Below are positions 8,759 through 16,540 of a stretch of 24,501 nucleotides of DNA, one piece after another; position 1 is the first letter of the stretch, and the number at the start of each line of letters is the position of its first letter. The notes under the pieces were generated by a model, which saw only the letters and a program-made list of their open reading frames with translations, did not search any database and was not told the origin of the DNA. The DNA comes from a virus (lineage: Duplodnaviria; Heunggongvirae; Uroviricota; Caudoviricetes): IMG/VR virus record IMGVR_UViG_2700989161_000006. One strand, given 5' to 3'. The position numbers were made by a program, and so were the translations under genes.

Positions 8759-9127
8759 TCAGACGGCTTTGATAGTCATATCATCTGAATCAAATATTCC
8801 TGATGTATCGATATCGGTAATTCTTATTCCTTCGCTACCATCCATTGGAGGCCATCCTTCCTGACCATTTCCATCATTCCAGTCGAACTCACACACAACA
8901 CCATATGCATTTAAGTCGCTTGAAATTGCTATAAGCAGAGCATGTTGCGCCAGCATGATTAATACAGCATTTAATACAGAGCCGTGTTTATTGAGTCGGT
9001 GTTCAGAGTCTGACCAGAAATTATTAATCTGGTGAAGTTTTTCCTCTGTCATTACGTCATGGTCGATTTCAATTTCTATTGATGCTTTCCAGTCGTAATC
9101 AATGATGTATTTTTTGATGTTTGACAT
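8759..9127 (-). CDS. Hypothetical AT-rich protein (122 aa) with one long hydrophobic segment
   Basis: ATG at 9127 with GAGGA upstream; hydrophobic stretch VLNAVLIMLAQHALLIAISS; acidic C-terminus; intrinsic terminator 20-45 nt upstream. Confidence 0.55.
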   Translation of the reverse strand: MSNIKKYIIDYDWKASIEIEIDHDVMTEEKLHQINNFWSDSEHRLNKHGSVLNAVLIMLAQHALLIAISSDLNAYGVVCEFDWNDGNGQEGWPPMDGSEGIRITDIDTSGIFDSDDMTIKAV

Positions 9128-9145
9128 CTATTCATATCCTCATAG

Positions 9146-9173
9146 ATAAAAAATCGCCCTCACACTGGAGGGC
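9146..9173 (-). terminator. Intrinsic terminator (minus strand) just upstream of gene 8759..9127
   Basis: Minus strand gcccuc-cagugu-gagggc followed by GAUUUUUUAU. Confidence 0.5.
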
Positions 9174-9235
9174 AAAGAAGATTTCCAATAATCAGAACAA
9201 GTCGGCTCCTGTTTAGTTACGAGCGACATTGCTCC

Positions 9236-9263
9236 GTGTATTCACTCGTTGGAATGAATACAC
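9236..9263. repeat. Perfect 9-bp inverted repeat with 10-nt spacer
   Basis: gtgtattca (9236-9244) / tgaatacac (9255-9263); no flanking U-run on either strand, so a protein-binding site or RNA structure rather than a clear terminator. Confidence 0.5.
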
Positions 9264-9280
9264 AGAGCAGTGTTTATTCT

Positions 9281-9318
9281 GTTTTTTATGGCAAAAATAA
9301 AAGCTGCCATTAGGCAGC
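9281..9318 (-). terminator. Intrinsic terminator (minus strand) downstream of small acidic ORF
   Basis: gctgcc-atta-ggcagc hairpin (9303-9318) followed on the minus strand by UUUUAUUUUU. Confidence 0.5.
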
Positions 9319-9390
9319 CTTGTTGTTCTGTTTACCAAGTTCTCTGGAAATCATTGCCGTCGTTCGTATTGTCCACACCATTGATTTTTA

Positions 9391-9477
9391 TCAATAGTCG
9401 TAGTCATACGGATAGTCCTGGTATTGTTCCATCACATCCTGAGGATGCTCTTCGAACTCTTCAAATTCTTCTTCCAT
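9391..9477 (-). CDS. Candidate micro-ORF (28 aa, highly acidic, Tyr-rich)
   Basis: ATG at 9477 preceded by GAGGTG 6 nt upstream; MEEEFEEFEEHPQDVMEQYQDYPYDYDY; bracketed by two minus-strand terminators. Could be non-coding. Confidence 0.25.
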   Translation of the reverse strand: MEEEFEEFEEHPQDVMEQYQDYPYDYDY

Positions 9478-9587
9478 ATATCACCTCAAATAAGTGGTTT
9501 GCTGCCTAATTTCATTTTCTGGCGACCAACACAAGTCACACCCATTTCACTGCGTGGCTTGCGGTAGTAAATTAGGTTTGTTCAGAC

Positions 9588-9610
9588 AATAAAAAACCCA
9601 CCGAAGTGGG
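9588..9610 (-). terminator. Intrinsic terminator (minus strand) after gene 9611..9949 (tL1-like position)
   Basis: cccac-uucg-guggg immediately followed by UUUUUUAUU on the minus strand, starting 1 nt after the stop codon. Confidence 0.6.
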
Positions 9611-9949
9611 CTATGACCATTTTTTATTTGGATTTCGTTGGTGAGCGTGATTAACAACTCTGTGCATTACATCCTCATATTTTTCATCTTCAATTTTTTC
9701 GACATCGCGAGGAAATGGTGTTGCTAATGCTTTGTCAACTTTGTCCATTGGGTCTTCATTAATCTTATATTCAGGGCCATCATCTATAGCATTAAATCCA
9801 GGTGTTACACCGTTTTTTAATGCATATGCTATCCTTTTTTCCCATCTCGCTATTCTCCTCCTGTCTCGAGATGTAAGACCTCTATCAGATACTTTTCTGT
9901 TTTGTCCGCGGTCAGGATTAACATAAATAGTCTTTTTCACCATAAGCAT
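9611..9949 (-). CDS. Hypothetical basic protein (112 aa) immediately downstream of N
   Basis: ORF track 9611..9955 starts at TTG; first ATG at 9949, 2 nt after N stop. No family recognised. Confidence 0.45.
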   Translation of the reverse strand: MLMVKKTIYVNPDRGQNRKVSDRGLTSRDRRRIARWEKRIAYALKNGVTPGFNAIDDGPEYKINEDPMDKVDKALATPFPRDVEKIEDEKYEDVMHRVVNHAHQRNPNKKWS

Positions 9950-9951
9950 AC

Positions 9952-10257
9952 TCAATAAGCACCGTACGGTAGTTTACTGTACAATTTTATTTTTTGGACT
10001 GCATGTATTTTGTTTCCTAATGGGTTTGAATCTTTGTAATAAATACTTCTATTTTTTCGAACGACTTCTTCTTTCTTCTTGCAGCAAAGGCATCCTAGCG
10101 ATGCTGCTTTGTCTGCTCTGACGCAACCAGAGAGCTTTAGCGCAATTTTTCGCGCCAGTGCTTCATTACTGCGTCGCTCGGCAATAAGTTCTGCTCTGCG
10201 AGCTTTGTAGCGGCTTTTTGCCGTACCTTTGGATTCTTTCCAGACAATGGTTACCAT
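9952..10257 (-). CDS. N: N-type transcription antiterminator with phi21-like arginine-rich motif
   Basis: ATG at 10257 with AAGGAG 6 nt upstream; GTAKSRYKARRAELIAERR near the N-terminus matches the phi21 N boxB-binding peptide as I recall it; sits between pL/nutL and the terminator cluster. Confidence 0.7.
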   Translation of the reverse strand: MVTIVWKESKGTAKSRYKARRAELIAERRSNEALARKIALKLSGCVRADKAASLGCLCCKKKEEVVRKNRSIYYKDSNPLGNKIHAVQKIKLYSKLPYGAY

Positions 10258-10367
10258 GATGGTCTCCTTTAAGTGGCTTTGGCGCATGACGCGTCGAGGT
10301 GCTTATCTTCTCGATCGCTGTCTTGCAGCTGCAATTCGCGCCATCCCCAAAACCACTCAAGTTCTGG

Positions 10368-10407
10368 TCTCAACGGTTAGGTTGAGAGTCCGTCGATGTT
10401 AAAGAGC
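10368..10407 (-). promoter_or_regulatory. nutL (boxA + boxB)
   Basis: Minus strand: boxA GCTCTTTAACA (10407->10397), 9-nt spacer, boxB hairpin ucucaac-CUAACC-guugaga (10387->10368); same boxA and same loop as nutR. Confidence 0.55.
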
Positions 10408-10449
10408 CTGCCAATCTGTTCCGTTTGGCTTCCAGCGTCCTGCTGATGG

Positions 10450-10485
10450 CTTAAATTTAAGACTTCTTAATTTATTGGTCAAGTG
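10450..10485 (-). promoter_or_regulatory. pL promoter with OL operator
   Basis: Minus strand -35 TTGACC (10481->10476), 17-bp spacer, -10 TAAATT (10458->10453); overlapping 18-bp operator-like palindrome AATTTAAGACTTCTTAAT (10453-10470) similar to the OR operators. Confidence 0.4.
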
Positions 10486-10545
10486 TATTTTTGAAGAAAA
10501 CTTAATTTTATGGGCGTGAATTTAGTTTGTCTTTGATTTTTAACG

Positions 10546-10571
10546 GGAAATAAAAAAGGGGCGAAAGCCCC
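10546..10571 (-). terminator. Intrinsic terminator after the repressor gene (minus strand)
   Basis: ggggc-uuuc-gcccc directly after the c2 stop, followed by UUUUUUAUUU. Confidence 0.55.
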
Positions 10572-11222
10572 TTAAGGAAGGTTTGCTAGCTTGGCATCAA
10601 CGACAACGCCAATGATTTTACAGTTCCCATTGATTTCAATCATTGGGTATTGTGGATTGAGTGGTTTCAGGAATTTTCTACCGGCATCAATAACTAACTT
10701 TTTGAATGTCGCCTCGTTTTCTCCTTCAAGTTTGGCGACTACCAACTTTCCATTACGTGGTTCGACTTCTGGGTCGACGAGAATAATCATCCCCTCAGGA
10801 ATACTCAGTCCTGCCGGGGCAGTCATTGAATCGCCTTTAACGTCGAGCCAAAAAGAGTCTTCAGAACAATCTACCGTTGTGTCGTACCAGTTATCTATTG
10901 CACGCCTATGATATGGCTCTACAGCTTCCATCCAACATCCTGCGCTTACCCAACTAATTAGAGGATACGAACCTCTTGGATCATGCCTGCTGTGATAGGC
11001 AATGTTTGAAAGACTATCCTCTCCTTTCAACAGGTAATCAGGGGAGCACTGCAAAGCCTTGGCTAAGGCCAATAGGTTTTCGCCATTGGGCTCAGTTTCA
11101 GATCGCTCCCATTGGGAAATAGCAACATTAGACACGCCAACCATCTTGCCAAGGGCAGCCTGCCTAATCTTGAGTTCTTTTCTGCGAGCGCGAATACGCT
11201 CACCCATCAGTTGTGTATTCAT
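10572..11222 (-). CDS. c2: Phage repressor, P22 C2-like (LexA/S24 peptidase fold)
   Basis: 216-aa ORF; MNTQLMGERIRARRKELKIRQAALGKMVGVSNVAISQWERSETEPNGENLLALAKALQCSPDYLL... matches my memory of P22 C2 nearly residue for residue; N-terminal HTH plus C-terminal autocleavage domain (Ser in GDSM, Lys in KL). Confidence 0.9.
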   Translation of the reverse strand: MNTQLMGERIRARRKELKIRQAALGKMVGVSNVAISQWERSETEPNGENLLALAKALQCSPDYLLKGEDSLSNIAYHSRHDPRGSYPLISWVSAGCWMEAVEPYHRRAIDNWYDTTVDCSEDSFWLDVKGDSMTAPAGLSIPEGMIILVDPEVEPRNGKLVVAKLEGENEATFKKLVIDAGRKFLKPLNPQYPMIEINGNCKIIGVVVDAKLANLP

Positions 11223-11290
11223 AGTTAAGACATCTTAAATAAACTTGACTTAAGATTCCTTTGGTGGATAATTTAAGTGTTCTTTAATTT
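11223..11290. promoter_or_regulatory. OR operator region with divergent PR/PRM
   Basis: 18-bp operator-like palindromes AGTTAAGACATCTTAAAT (11223-11240) and ATTTAAGTGTTCTTTAAT (11271-11288); PR -35 TTGACT (11245-11250), 16-17 bp spacer, -10 GATAAT/ATAATT (11267-11273) reading into cro. Confidence 0.6.
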
Positions 11291-11302
11291 CGGAGCGAGT
11301 CT

Positions 11303-11488
11303 ATGTACAAAAAAGATGTTATTGACCACTTCGGAACCCAGCGTGCTGTTGCTAAAGCACTAGGCATTAGCGATGCAGCAGTCTCTCAGTGGAAAGAAGT
11401 TATCCCAGAGAAAGACGCCTATCGATTGGAAATCGTTACAGCTGGCGCCCTGAAGTATCAAGAAAGTGCTTACCGCCAAGCGGCATAA
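11303..11488 (+). CDS. cro: Cro repressor (P22-like)
   Basis: 61-aa ORF transcribed from PR, GGAG RBS; MYKKDVIDHFGTQRAVAKALGISDAAVSQWKEVIPEKDAYRLEIVTAGALKYQESAYRQAA matches my memory of P22 Cro. Confidence 0.85.
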   Translation: MYKKDVIDHFGTQRAVAKALGISDAAVSQWKEVIPEKDAYRLEIVTAGALKYQESAYRQAA

Positions 11489-11495
11489 GCAAATT

Positions 11496-11535
11496 GCTCT
11501 TTAACAGTTCTGGCCTTTCACCTCTAACCGGGTGA
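11496..11535 (+). promoter_or_regulatory. nutR (boxA + boxB)
   Basis: boxA GCTCTTTAACA (11496-11506), 11-nt spacer, boxB hairpin ucaccu-CUAACC-ggguga (11518-11535). Confidence 0.55.
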
Positions 11536-11603
11536 GCAAACATCAGCGGCAAATCCATTGGGTGTGCCGCTATAACTCAATATCAATATAGGAAAATTAA
11601 CAA

Positions 11604-11900
11604 ATGGCACAAGCAAGCTACAGCAAGCCAACACAGCGAGAAATTGATCGCGCTGAAACTGATTTACTCATCAACCTGTCAACGCTTACCCAGCGCGGTC
11701 TGGCAAAGATGATTGGCTGTCATGAATCGAAGATAAGCAGAACGGACTGGAGATTTATTGCTTCGGTCTTGTGTGCTTTCGGAATGGCATCAGACATCAG
11801 TCCGATTAGCAGGGCTTTTAAGTATGCGCTTGATGAAATCACAAAGAAAAAATCCCCGGCCGCCACCGAGGATTTTAAGCAAATTGATATGCAATTCTGA
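11604..11900 (+). CDS. cII: CII-like transcriptional activator
   Basis: 98 aa; C-terminus ...[18 protein letters not shown] resembles lambda CII ...KKRPAATERSEQIQMEF (from memory); HTH in the middle; position after cro/nutR. Confidence 0.6.
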   Translation: MAQASYSKPTQREIDRAETDLLINLSTLTQRGLAKMIGCHESKISRTDWRFIASVLCAFGMASDISPISRAFKYALDEITKKKSPAATEDFKQIDMQF

Positions 11901-11932
11901 GGGAATTACTGGATCAATCCACAGGAGTAATT

Positions 11933-12079
11933 ATGACAAAACAACTCAGTCCTTACCAGGACAAAATTCACAAACACATACTACGTGATCGCTTCCTGTC
12001 CAGCTTCAAGCAGCCTGGTCGATTCCGGGCTGAGTTGGAAAAAGTGAAGCTGATGCAGAAGGAGAAAGGTCATGAGTAA
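11933..12079 (+). CDS. Hypothetical small protein (48 aa), not in ORF track
   Basis: ATG 11933 preceded by AGGAG; stop overlaps the start of the replication gene (ATGA); [48 protein letters not shown]. Confidence 0.3.
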   Translation: MTKQLSPYQDKIHKHILRDRFLSSFKQPGRFRAELEKVKLMQKEKGHE

Positions 12080-12971
12080 CATATCTAATCTAGCCGAAGC
12101 CAGAGAGGCCAGAAGGCTACAACAACCGCATCAAAGCAGCGGTAAGGGGTATGCCTTGCTGCACCGTAAAATTATGGATGTGCCGTTTTACAAGGATGCA
12201 GAAGCAGCGCATCTGTGGGTTCACTTAATCCTCAAAGCAAAGCATACGCCTGAGTATGTAATGACTGACGCAGGAGAAATTCTGGTAGGCAGAGGGAAGC
12301 TACTTGGCGGTAGAAACTCTCTGGCGTTTGAAACAGGACTCAAACCAGATCGCGTTCAGTACCTGCTTAGAAAGTTCAAAAAACTCGGCATGATTGACTG
12401 GGTTTCACACGGTAAATTCTCAGTTTTCTCAGTAGAGAAATATGACGATTATCAGTCAAATTTTGTACCAGCAGATTACCAGCAAATTACCACCTCAAAG
12501 CCAGCAATACCAATGCCTGTAAGCAATGCTGTACCAGCAGATTACCAGCAAATTACCACAGATAAAGAATATAATAATATTATCTCTAATACTGACGTAT
12601 TAGAGAGTGCCACAGCAGACAAAAAGTCTGACAAGAAAAAACCTTCCGTCAGCTGTCAGGATGTTGTCGATGCTTACCACGAAATCCTTCCTGAAGCTCC
12701 AAGAATCCGCGCACTGAATGACAAGCGTAAAAACCAGATCCGAACGTTCTGGCGCAAAGCCGGAGTGATAACCCGCCAGCTTGACGGGCATGGGTTCACG
12801 ATGCAGGACTGGAGAAATTATTTGAGCTACGTTGGCGAAAATTGCCGATGGATGTTCGAAGAGCGCCCAAACCATCAACGCGGAACCGTCTGGCACAAAA
12901 AGGGATTTGATTTCCTGCTTAACGATAATACCTACCTGAAAGTTCGTGAGGGTGAACACGATGACCGATAA
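12072..12971 (+). CDS. Replication initiation protein (O-like, P22 gene 18-type) containing the origin iterons
   Basis: 299-aa ORF upstream of and overlapping the helicase gene; contains two 29-bp direct DNA repeats (tandem [10 protein letters not shown] in the protein) followed by an AT-rich stretch, like lambda ori inside O. Confidence 0.6.
   Translation: MSNISNLAEAREARRLQQPHQSSGKGYALLHRKIMDVPFYKDAEAAHLWVHLILKAKHTPEYVMTDAGEILVGRGKLLGGRNSLAFETGLKPDRVQYLLRKFKKLGMIDWVSHGKFSVFSVEKYDDYQSNFVPADYQQITTSKPAIPMPVSNAVPADYQQITTDKEYNNIISNTDVLESATADKKSDKKKPSVSCQDVVDAYHEILPEAPRIRALNDKRKNQIRTFWRKAGVITRQLDGHGFTMQDWRNYLSYVGENCRWMFEERPNHQRGTVWHKKGFDFLLNDNTYLKVREGEHDDR
12465..12559 (+). repeat. Putative replication origin iterons inside the O-like gene
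   Basis: gtaccagcagattaccagcaaattaccac at 12465-12493 and again at 12531-12559, each holding two CCAGCA(G/A)ATTACC sub-repeats; AT-rich segment 12560-12600 follows. Confidence 0.5.
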
Positions 12972-14397
12972 TTTTTATGCGCCGCCCCATAGCATCGAGG
13001 CAGAGCAGGCGGTGATTGGTGGATTGCTTCTGGATGATGACAGCAGTGAGCGCGTCCAGAAAGTTCTGGCGATGCTGAAGCCCGATTCATTTTACAGCCG
13101 ACCACACAAAATCCTTTTCGAAGAAATAACCAGAATGCACCGGGAGCAAAAGCCAGTAGATGGCCTGACGCTTTTCGATGAACTGGAGCGTAAATCGTTA
13201 ACGGCGTCTGTTGGCGGTTTTGCTTATATCGCTGAGATCGCAAAGAACACGCCGAGCGCCGCAAACATCGTTGCCTATGCAATGCAGGTTCGCGAAACCG
13301 CAATGGAACGCTACGCCATAAACCGCATGACTGAAGCGACGGAATTGCTCTATTCCCGCAACGGAATGACTGCAACGCAGAAGTACGAAGCTATTCAGGC
13401 GATTTTCACGCAACTGACAGACCATGCAAAAACCGGATCGCGTCGCGGCCTTCGCTCATTTGGTGAGGTCATGGAAGACTGGGTTAGCGACCTTGAGAAG
13501 CGATTTGACCCGTCAGGCGAACAACGAGGAATGAGCACAGGGATCCCATCTCTGGACAGGATGCTGTCACCGAAAGGTCTGGTGAAAGGCTCTCTGTTCG
13601 TCATTGGCGCTCGCCCTAAGATGGGGAAAACGACGCTATACAGCCAGATGGCAATCAACTGCGCAGTGCATGAGAAAAAGCCCGCTCTGATGTTCAGTCT
13701 TGAAATGCCAGGCGACCAGATACTGGAAAAGCTGGTAGGACAGAAGTCAGGTGTTAACCCGAATATTTTTTACCTTCCGGCGACAAATGACGCTGATGAC
13801 GGCTATCAGGGTGATTACGATGGTGACTTCAACAGGGCGATAGAAACAGCAAATCGCTTGAGTGAAATCGACATGCTTTACATCGACGACACGCCGGGAT
13901 TATCTCTGGCTCAAATCGTCAGCGAAAGCCGTCGAATCAAGCGAGAAAAAGGATGTGTTGGCATGATTCTGGTCGATTACCTGACACTAATGACCGCTGA
14001 GAAGGCCGATCGCAACGACCTTGCTTACGGTATGATCACCAAAGGACTGAAGAACCTTGCCAAAGAGCTTGATTGCGTTGTTGTGCTTCTGACACAGCTT
14101 AACCGCGCACTGGAAAGCCGAACCAATAAACGCCCATTACCAAGTGACTCACGAGATACAGGGCAGATTGAACAGGATTGCGATTATTGGGTCGGGATCC
14201 ATCGTGAAGGCGCTTTTGATGACAGTGTTCCACCTGGTGAAACTGAACTAATCCTTCGTCTCAATCGTCATGGCAATACCGGCACGGTGTATTGCATTCA
14301 GGCAAATGGCGCTATTTATGACACAGACCAACAGTCTGCTGAAATGCGCCGCCGTGAACGCGAGGAACCGCAGTCCAAGAAGAAAGGAGGATTCTGA
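12961..14397 (+). CDS. DnaB-family replicative helicase
   Basis: ORF track 12946..14397 begins at GTG; ATG at 12961 with GAGGG RBS overlaps the O-like stop; Walker A GARPKMGKT and DnaB-like C-terminal domain. Confidence 0.85.
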   Translation: MTDNFYAPPHSIEAEQAVIGGLLLDDDSSERVQKVLAMLKPDSFYSRPHKILFEEITRMHREQKPVDGLTLFDELERKSLTASVGGFAYIAEIAKNTPSAANIVAYAMQVRETAMERYAINRMTEATELLYSRNGMTATQKYEAIQAIFTQLTDHAKTGSRRGLRSFGEVMEDWVSDLEKRFDPSGEQRGMSTGIPSLDRMLSPKGLVKGSLFVIGARPKMGKTTLYSQMAINCAVHEKKPALMFSLEMPGDQILEKLVGQKSGVNPNIFYLPATNDADDGYQGDYDGDFNRAIETANRLSEIDMLYIDDTPGLSLAQIVSESRRIKREKGCVGMILVDYLTLMTAEKADRNDLAYGMITKGLKNLAKELDCVVVLLTQLNRALESRTNKRPLPSDSRDTGQIEQDCDYWVGIHREGAFDDSVPPGETELILRLNRHGNTGTVYCIQANGAIYDTDQQSAEMRRREREEPQSKKKGGF

Positions 14398-14426
14398 TGA
14401 CATCTACATCACTGAGATAATAACAG

Positions 14427-14455
14427 GGGCTATTTACACAGTAGCCCTTTTTTAT
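14427..14455 (+). terminator. Intrinsic terminator after the helicase gene
   Basis: gggcta-uuuacacag-uagccc followed by UUUUUUAUU. Confidence 0.55.
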
Positions 14456-14480
14456 TGGATTAAGAACGAGGGGGCTTCTG

Positions 14481-14693
14481 ATGGACACCGTTAACGGAAT
14501 GTGTTCAGACGCACCGCATGCCAAAAAATGTAAATGCGGAAAATCACCGACAATATTCGACATGGAGAACGGGTGCCAAATCTACTGCGCTAACCATGCC
14601 GCTGTGGCGGCCGCGAATTATCGCAGTGCGGTAACGGAGTGGAATAACCTGAAATCTGTTAGAGAGGGGAGTCATGAAAAAACTAACCTTTGA
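14481..14693 (+). CDS. Hypothetical Cys-containing small protein (nin region)
   Basis: 70-aa ORF with GAGGGGG upstream; overlaps ninB start by 20 nt. Confidence 0.4.
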   Translation: MDTVNGMCSDAPHAKKCKCGKSPTIFDMENGCQIYCANHAAVAAANYRSAVTEWNNLKSVREGSHEKTNL

Positions 14694-15114
14694 AATTCGA
14701 TCTCCAGCACATCAGCAAAACGCTATTCACGCAGTACAGCAAATCCTTCCAGACCCAACCAAGCCAATCGTAGTGATCATTCAGGAGCGCAACCGCAGCT
14801 TAGACCAGAATCGGAAGCTTTGGGCTTGCCTTGGTGACGTCTCTCGTCAGGTTGAATGGCATGGTCGCTGGCTGGATGCAGAAAGCTGGAAGTGTGTGTT
14901 TACCGCAGCATTAAAGCAGCAGGACGTTGTTCCTAACCTTGCCGGGAATGGCTTTGTGGTAATAGGCCAGTCAACCAGCAGGATGCGTGTAAGCGAATTT
15001 GCGGAGTTATTAGAGCTTATACAGGCATTCGGTACAGAGCGTGGCGTTAAGTGGTCAGACGAAGCGCGACTGGCTCTGGAGTGGAAAGCAAGATGGGGAG
15101 ACAGGGCAGCATGA
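14674..15114 (+). CDS. ninB: NinB (Orf-family recombination mediator)
   Basis: 146-aa [34 protein letters not shown]... recognised as lambda NinB/Orf-like from memory. Confidence 0.8.
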   Translation: MKKLTFEIRSPAHQQNAIHAVQQILPDPTKPIVVIIQERNRSLDQNRKLWACLGDVSRQVEWHGRWLDAESWKCVFTAALKQQDVVPNLAGNGFVVIGQSTSRMRVSEFAELLELIQAFGTERGVKWSDEARLALEWKARWGDRAA

Positions 15115-15284
15115 TGCGATGTTATCGGTGCGGTGAATGCAAAGAAGATAACCGCTTCCGACCAAATCAACCTTACTGGAATCGATGGTGTCTCCGGTGT
15201 GAAAGAACACCAACAGGGGTGTTACCACTACCGCAGGAAAAGGAGGACGTGTGGCGAGACAGCGACGAAGTATCACCGACATAA
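15111..15284 (+). CDS. ninD: NinD-like small zinc-ribbon protein (57 aa)
   Basis: ATG 15111 overlaps ninB stop (ATGA); [34 protein letters not shown]... has two CxxC pairs. Confidence 0.4.
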   Translation: MMRCYRCGECKEDNRFRPNQPYWNRWCLRCERTPTGVLPLPQEKEDVWRDSDEVSPT

Positions 15285-15427
15285 TCTGCGAAAACTGCAA
15301 ATACCTTCCAACGAAGCGCTCCAGAAATAAACGCAAGCCAATCCCAAAAGAATCTGACGTAAAAACCTTCAACTACACGGCTCACCTGTGGGATATCCGG
15401 TGGCTAAGAAATCGTGCGAGGAAATGA
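15251..15427 (+). CDS. ninE: NinE-like protein (58 aa, GTG start), not in ORF track
   Basis: GTG 15251 after AAGGAGG; translation (V)[57 protein letters not shown] resembles lambda NinE from memory; overlaps NinD-like 3' end in another frame. Confidence 0.45.
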   Translation: MARQRRSITDIICENCKYLPTKRSRNKRKPIPKESDVKTFNYTAHLWDIRWLRNRARK

Positions 15428-15789
15428 CAATGGATTATTCACAGTTAAGTGATTTTGAAATTAACGTGGCGGTATTCGAAGCCATTCATAACGGATCACC
15501 GGATTACAAAGAAGGTAAGAATGGCGCGATGGTGTTTATCTCATTTGAGGGAGACATTGTAAACGGAGACGCAGTTGAAGTAGAGGTTGAGCGCGGATCC
15601 TTTAACCCATGCGCAAACCCAGCAGACGCATGGCCGATTATTGAAAAATACAGGATTAGCATTATCAATCTCGATGAAGACGAGTGGGGTGCACGCGGTG
15701 TGACCTACCGTAAATCTAAGCGAGCTATACATGAAAATCCCCTTCGCGCCGCCATGATTGTCTTTCTCATGATGCAGAGAATCCAATAA
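15424..15789 (+). CDS. Hypothetical nin-region protein (121 aa)
   Basis: ORF track 15388..15789; ATG 15424 overlaps NinE stop (ATGA); [31 protein letters not shown]... Confidence 0.5.
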   Translation: MTMDYSQLSDFEINVAVFEAIHNGSPDYKEGKNGAMVFISFEGDIVNGDAVEVEVERGSFNPCANPADAWPIIEKYRISIINLDEDEWGARGVTYRKSKRAIHENPLRAAMIVFLMMQRIQ

Positions 15790-15962
15790 TGCTTAGCCCA
15801 TCCCAATCCCTTCAATACCAGAAAGAAAGCGTCGAGCGAGCTTTAACGTGCGCTAACTGCGGTCAGAAGCTGCATGTGCTGGAAGTTCACGTGTGTGAGC
15901 ACTGCTGCGCAGAGTTAATGGCAGACCCTAACGGACAAATGCTGGAGGAAGATGATGAGTGA
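15789..15962 (+). CDS. ninF: NinF-like small protein (57 aa), not in ORF track
   Basis: ATG 15789 at the preceding stop; [57 protein letters not shown] resembles lambda NinF from memory. Confidence 0.5.
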   Translation: MLSPSQSLQYQKESVERALTCANCGQKLHVLEVHVCEHCCAELMADPNGQMLEEDDE

Positions 15963-16257
15963 GTTACGCGCAGGTGGCATCGCAATAGTCATTTTTTCAG
16001 AAAACAAACCCGAAATTGGCAGATGCGTTGAGTTAATCGAAAAAGTAACAAACGGATATGTATTTAATTTTCCTGGTGCAGGTAAGCATAGTTGGCGTGA
16101 TGACACCCCTGGGTGGCTAGTTAAAGGCGATGTATCGATTTATACAAACGAGCCTTCAGGTGGTTTCTCTTATTTTTACAGTGATGAACTCATGCCAATC
16201 GACGGAGAAGACTTCTCTCACGAAGATGAGCAACAGAAGGAGCTGGCAAATGGCTAA
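15952..16257 (+). CDS. Hypothetical nin-region protein (101 aa)
   Basis: ORF from the track; start overlaps NinF-like 3' end; no family recognised. Confidence 0.5.
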   Translation: MMSELRAGGIAIVIFSENKPEIGRCVELIEKVTNGYVFNFPGAGKHSWRDDTPGWLVKGDVSIYTNEPSGGFSYFYSDELMPIDGEDFSHEDEQQKELANG

Positions 16258-16540
16258 TCTACGCAAAGAAGCGCGCGGAAGAGAATGTCAGGTGCGTATT
16301 TACGGCGTATGCAATGGCAATCCTGAAACTACAGTTCTGGCACATTACCGGATGGCTGGAATTTGCGGAACGGGAATGAAGCCTGACGACCTGATCGGCG
16401 CATGGGCTTGTAGCGCGTGTCACGATGAAATCGACCGACGCACCCATAATCTCGACAACAAAGACGCCAGACTTTACCACCTCGAAGGCGTGATCAGGAC
16501 GCAGGCGATACTGCTGAAGGAGGGGAAGATTAAGCCATGA
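16250..16540 (+). CDS. Hypothetical Cys/His-rich nin-region protein (96 aa)
   Basis: ORF track 16130..16540; ATG 16250 overlaps the preceding stop; MANLRKEARGRECQVRIYGVCNGNPETTVLAHYRMAGICGTGMKPDDLIGAWACSACHDEIDRR... conserved Cys/His suggests a metal-binding fold. Confidence 0.5.
   Translation: MANLRKEARGRECQVRIYGVCNGNPETTVLAHYRMAGICGTGMKPDDLIGAWACSACHDEIDRRTHNLDNKDARLYHLEGVIRTQAILLKEGKIKP

Noticed and set aside
9270-9509. Plus-strand ORF 9270..9509 (79 aa)
   Set aside because: No RBS, spans two hairpin terminators and lies opposite the better-supported minus-strand micro-ORF; translation is low complexity.
12465-12559. Direct repeats that could be mistaken for a CRISPR array
   Set aside because: Only two copies, in frame inside a coding sequence, no cas genes; better explained as origin iterons within the O-like gene.
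15133-15330. ORF-track ORF 15133..15330 (65 aa)
   Set aside because: Out of frame relative to the NinE-like reading frame, which has a good RBS and recognisable sequence.
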